DNA of 64,000 nt. Origin: Ranitomeya imitator. Its lineage: Eukaryota. Made by a program: the position numbers and the translations under genes. The DNA lies in assembly GCF_032444005.1 (NCBI RefSeq), contig NC_091289.1, positions 5,704,001 through 5,768,000 of the forward strand, read 5' to 3'. Positions 59,275 through 64,000 of this stretch are shown piece by piece. The notes under the pieces are model-generated. The model was not told the DNA's origin, did not search any database, and was given only the letters and a program-made list of their open reading frames with translations. Within the stretch, counting starts at the first letter, position 1, and each line of letters opens with the position of its first letter.

Positions 59275-62200
59275 GCTGGCTGCAGACAGGATCTTATCCT
59301 ATATCTCTGTATACAGGGAGCTCCCCCTAGTGGTGGCTGCAGACAGGATCTTATCATGTATCTCTGTATACAGGGAGCTCCCCCTAGTGGTGGCTGCAGA
59401 CAGGATCTTATGTATCTCTGTATACAGGGAGCTCCCCTAGTGGTGGCTGCAGACAGGATCTTATCACGTATCTCTGTATACAGGGAGCTCCCTCTAGTGC
59501 TGGCTGCAGACAGGATCTTATCCTATATCTCTGTATACAGGGAGCTCCCTCTAGTGGTGGCTGCAGACAGGATCTTATCCTATATCTCTGTATACAGGGA
59601 GCTCCCTCTAGTGGTGACTGCAGACAGGATCTTATCCTATATCTCTGTATACAGGGAGCTCCCCCTAGTGGTGGCTGCAGACAGGATCTTATCCTGTATC
59701 TCTGTATACAGGGAGCTCCCCCTAGTGGTGACTGCAGACAGGATCTTATCATGTATCTCTGTATACAGGGAGCTCCCCCTAGTGGTAACTGCAGACAGGA
59801 TCTTATCATGTATCTCTGTATACAGGGAGCTCCCCCTAGTGGTGGCTGTAGACAGGATCTTATCATGTATCTCTGTATACAGGGAGCTCCCCCTAGTGGT
59901 GGCTGCAGACAGGATCTTATCATGTATCTCTGTATACAGGGAGCTCCCCCTAGTGGTGGCTGCAGACAGGATCTTATCATGTATCTCTGTGTACAGGGAG
60001 CTCCCCCTAGTGGTGGCTGCAGACAGGATCTTATCATGTATCTCTGTATACAGGGAGCTCCCCCTAGTGGTGACTGCAGACAGGATCTTATCATGTATCT
60101 CTGTGTACAGGGAGCTCCCCCTAGTGGTGACTGCAGACAGGATCTTACCATGTATCTCTGTGTACAGGGAGCTCCCCCTAGTGGTGGCTGCAGACAGGAT
60201 CTTATCATGTATCTCTGTATACAGGGAGCTCCCCCTAGTGGTGGCTAGAGACAGGATCTTATCATGTATCTCTGTATACAGGGAGCTCCCCCTAGTGGTG
60301 ACTGCAGACAGGATCTTATCATGTATCTCTGTATACAGGGAGCTCCCCCTAGTGGTGACTGCAGACAGGGTCTTATCATGTATCTCTGTATACAGGGAGC
60401 TCCCCCTAGTGGTGACTGCAGACAGGATCTTATCCTATATCTCTGTATACAGGGAGCTCCCCCTAGTGGTGACTGCAGACAGGATCTTATCCTATATCTC
60501 TGTATACAGGGAGCTCCCCCTAGTGGTGGCTGCAGACAGGATCTTATCCTATATCTCTGTATACAGGGAGCTCCCCCTAGTGGTGACTGCAGACAGGATC
60601 TTATCATGTATCTCTGTATACAGGGAGCTCCGCCTAGTGGTGGCTGCAGACAGGATCTTATCATGTATCTGTATACAGGGAGCTCCCCCTAGTGGTGACT
60701 GCAGACAGGATCTTGCCATGTATCTCTGTGTACAGGGAGCTCCCCCTAGTGGTGGCTGCAGACAGGATCCTATCATGTATCTCTGTATACAGGGAGCTCC
60801 CCCTAGTGGTGACTGCAGACAGGATCTTATCCTATATCTCTGTATACAGGGAGCTCCCCCTAGTGGTGACTGCAGACAGGATCTTATCCTATATCTCTGT
60901 ATACAGGGAGCTCCCCCTAGTGGTGGCTGCAGACAGGATCTTATCCTATATCTCTGTATACAGGGAGCTCCCCCTAGTGGTGACTGCAGACATGATCTTA
61001 TCATGTATCTCTGTATACAGGGAACTCCCCCTAGTGGTGGCTGCAGACAGGATCTTATCATGTATCTGTATACAGGGAGCTCCCCCTAGTGGTGACTGCA
61101 GACAGGATCTTATCATGTATCTCTGTATACAGGGAGCTCCCCCTAATGGTGGCTGTAGACAGGATCTTATCATGTATCTCTGTATACAGGGAGCTCCCCC
61201 TAGTGGTGACTGTAGACAGAATCTTATTATGTATCTCTGTATACAGGGAGCTCCCCCTAGTGGTGGCTGCAGACAGGATCTTATCATGTATCTCTGTATA
61301 CAGGGAGCTCCCCCTAGTGGTGACTGCAGACAGGATCTTATCATGTATCTCTGTATACAGAGAGCTCCCCTTAGTGGTGACTGCAGACAGGATCTTATCA
61401 TGTATCTCTGTATACAGGGAGCTCCCCCTAGTGGTGACTGCAGACAGGATCTTATCATGTATCTCTGTATACAGGGAGCTCCCCCTAGTGGTGACTGCAG
61501 ACAGGATCTTATCCTATATCTCTGTATACAGGGAGTTCCCCCTAGTGGTGACTGCAGACAGGATCTTATCATGTATCTCTGTATACAGGGAGCTCCCCCT
61601 AGTGGTGGCTGCAGACAGGATCTTATCATGTATCTGTATACAGGGAGCTCCCCCTAGTGGTGGCTGCAGACAGAATCTTATCATGTATCTCTGTATACAG
61701 GGAGCTCCCCCTAGTGGTGGCTGTAGACAGGATCTTATCATGTATCTCTGTATACAGGGAGCTCCCCCTAGTGGTGGCTGCAGACAGGATCTTATCATGT
61801 ATCTCTGTATACAGGGAGCTCCCCCTAGTGGTGACTGTAGACAGAATCTTATTATGTATCTCTGTATACAGGGAGCTCCCCCTAGTGGTGGCTGCAGACA
61901 GGATCTTATCATGTATCTCTGTATACAGAGAGCTCCCCCTAGTGGTGGCTGCAGACAGGATCTTATCATGTATCTCTGTGTACAGGGAGCTTCCCCTAGT
62001 GGTGGCTGCAGACAGGATCTTATCATGTATCTCTGTATACAGGGAGCTCCCCCTAGTGGTGGCTGCAGACAGGATCTTATCATGTATCTCTATATACAAG
62101 GAGCTCCCCCTAGTGGTGACTGCAGACAGGATCTTATCATGTATCTCTGTATCCAGGGAGCTCCCCCTAGTGGTGACTGCAGACAGGATCTTATGTATCT

Positions 62201-62865
62201 CTGTATCCAGGGAGCTCCCCCTAGTGGTGACTGCAGACAGGATCTTATGTATCTCTGTATCCAGGGAGCTCCCCCCTAGTGGTGACTGCAGACAGGATCT
62301 TATCATGTATCTCTGTATACAGGGAGCTCCCCCTAGTGGTGACTGCAGACAGGATCTTATCATGTATCTCTGTATACAGGGAGCTCCCCCTAGTGGTGAC
62401 TGCAGACAGGATCTTATCATGTATCTCTGTATACAGGGAGCTCCCCCTAGTGGTGGCTGCAGACAGAATCTTATCATGTATCTCTGTATACAGGGAGCTC
62501 CCCCTAGTGGTGGCTGCAGACAGAATCTTATCATGTATCTCTGTATACAGGGAGCTCCCCCTAGTGGTGGCTGCAGACAGGATCTTATCATGTATCTCTG
62601 TATACAGGGAGCTCCCCCTAGTGGTGGCTGCAGACAGGATCTTATCATGTATCTCTGTATACAGGGAGCTCCCCCTAGTGGTGGCTGTAGACAGGATCTT
62701 TTCATGTATCTCTGTATACAGGGAGCTCCCCCTAGTGGTGGCTGTAGACAGGATCTTTTCATGTATCTCTGTATACAGGGAGCTCCTCCTAGTGGTGGCT
62801 GCAGACAGAATCTTATCATGTATCTCTGTATACAGGGAGCTCCCCCTAGTGGTGGCTGCAGACAG
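59275..62865. repeat. 57-bp satellite (about 63 copies), each with a CTCF-type motif
   Basis: Same unit and orientation as 26975-27670. The 19-aa periodicity in the spurious ORFs confirms 57 bp. Confidence 0.95.
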
Positions 62866-63809
62866 TTAAGTCATGTACATATAACATTGGCTTAGCCCGT
62901 ATATAATGATGCATTTGACGCCCTCCGTTTATTTTCCTGCCCTTTGATCTTACTTCCACGTCAATTTTCTTGCTTTTCTGGGGCTGAGTCCGGACGTCAT
63001 GTAACAAGTAATCGCCCACCAGACAACGACAAGTCGGCAGCTGATTAAAAAACAAGGTACTTTTTATTTGTTTTTCTATAGAAAATACAGAGCTAAGAGT
63101 GAATCTGTCTGATTTGTACGGTCGGCTCTAATTTCTGGAATGTAAACCACCCCCAAGAGAAGAAAATAAAACGTAACGACCCGGGATGACGTCGGCAGCG
63201 CTGAACGATCTGGCACTTTAGCTCATGCGTCTCATGTGACCTCGTCGGAGCCACATTTACACGTTTTTTTTCCTTGGGAAGAGCCCGCAATCCCTAAATG
63301 CAGCATGCGGCCGGCCCCTCCCCCGCAGCGATCGTTTCGAGCTGATCTCACAGGATGCGACGCTGGACGTCTGCCACCCAAATCCAAAAGTAAACAAATA
63401 ATAATGGCACCGGCAAGTAGCGTAAAATCAAGGATGGCGCCACTTCTCCTCCTGCCGCTCCACTGTATCCAGAGAACAATAACGGAGACGGCGGCGGCGA
63501 GTCACGTGACTTATCCCGACCCGAGCCAACAGGAGGGAGGGCATAAAAATGTGCGAGGGAAGATCTTCAGCAAATCCGACATCATTCAGGCACAGACAAA
63601 AGCAAAAAAGAGGAAAAGGCGACCAGGAACGTGTCCGTGTAGGAAGCCATGATGACCAGAGGAGGCGCAGCAGAGATTCCAGAGACCCCCGCGCCGGATC
63701 CACACCATCCTGGGCAGGGAAAGCAAAATGTAGGCCGAGGTCTCAGCCCGTCCCAAGGGCCCGGTCTGGGCGCTCTTCTCTCAGGCCGTACTTGGCAGCG
63801 AGTCAGGCT

Positions 63810-63977
63810 CTAACTGTCCTCGCCGTTCTCGCCAGGACCCTTAATCAGCCGCTTCTGTCCTCGTTTCCCCGCAGGTCCTTTGGGTTTGGCAAAAGCTTGT
63901 TTGAAGGCGTGCTGCTTGGGGTGCACCTCGTCATAGAGAAACTCGGGGGTCAGCTCCGCACCGTCCTCTATTTCAAT
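63810..63977 (-). CDS. Last coding exon of an unidentified gene extending beyond the right edge
   Basis: ttgttgtcctccag|ATT...: [55 protein letters not shown]. Phase 0, GC3-rich codons, minus-strand AATAAA sites at about 63063 and 62926. Confidence 0.75.
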   Translation of the reverse strand: MEIEDGAELTPEFLYDEVHPKQHAFKQAFAKPKGPAGKRGQKRLIKGPGENGEDS

Positions 63978-64000
63978 CTGGAGGACAACAACAGATGGGG

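Noticed and set aside
59356-62895. Several 140-577 aa ORFs with 19-aa periodicity
   Set aside because: Products of the 57-bp satellite, open in several frames at once.
1-64000. Expected JOSD2 neighbours ASPDH and EMC10
   Set aside because: I searched by eye for their characteristic peptides and found none. They are not reported.

Overview
This is vertebrate (eukaryotic) DNA, most likely from an anuran amphibian. That assignment is inferred from the repeat repertoire and the intron-containing genes. About 85-90% of the window is transposon- or satellite-derived, so nearly all long ORFs in the supplied track are artefacts of tandem repeats. I reconstructed three host-gene features by hand. (1) A complete 4-exon JOSD2 (Josephin-2 deubiquitinase) on +, 20179-25005, with an intact Cys-His-Asp triad; its 3.7-kb first intron is almost pure polypurine. 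(2) A secreted two-domain WAP/four-disulfide-core (WFDC-type) gene on -, exons 31593-31668, 28104-28244 and 27882-28024, which the ORF track misses. (3) The last coding exon of an unidentified gene on - at the right edge. Mobile elements include a Ty3/gypsy element whose gag-pol frame is broken only by a nested Tc1, a solo LTR of the same family, four Tc1/mariner elements (one with an intact 340-aa DD34E ORF), CR1 and L2 fragments, hAT elements, a TTAA MITE and a Helitron end. The most unusual structures are these: (a) a fold-back Tc1 with 612-bp arms sitting between the TATA box and poly(A) signal of an LTR-like segment, a possible Mu-killer-like hairpin-RNA silencer; (b) two unrelated hairpin insertions, each flanked by a 15-bp target-site duplication (Penelope-like), one carrying a hammerhead-like motif; (c) 57-bp satellites with one CTCF-type motif per unit (about 12 and 63 copies) near gene 3' ends; (d) tandem amplification of the WFDC exon-1 splice donor and of a transposase start-codon segment.
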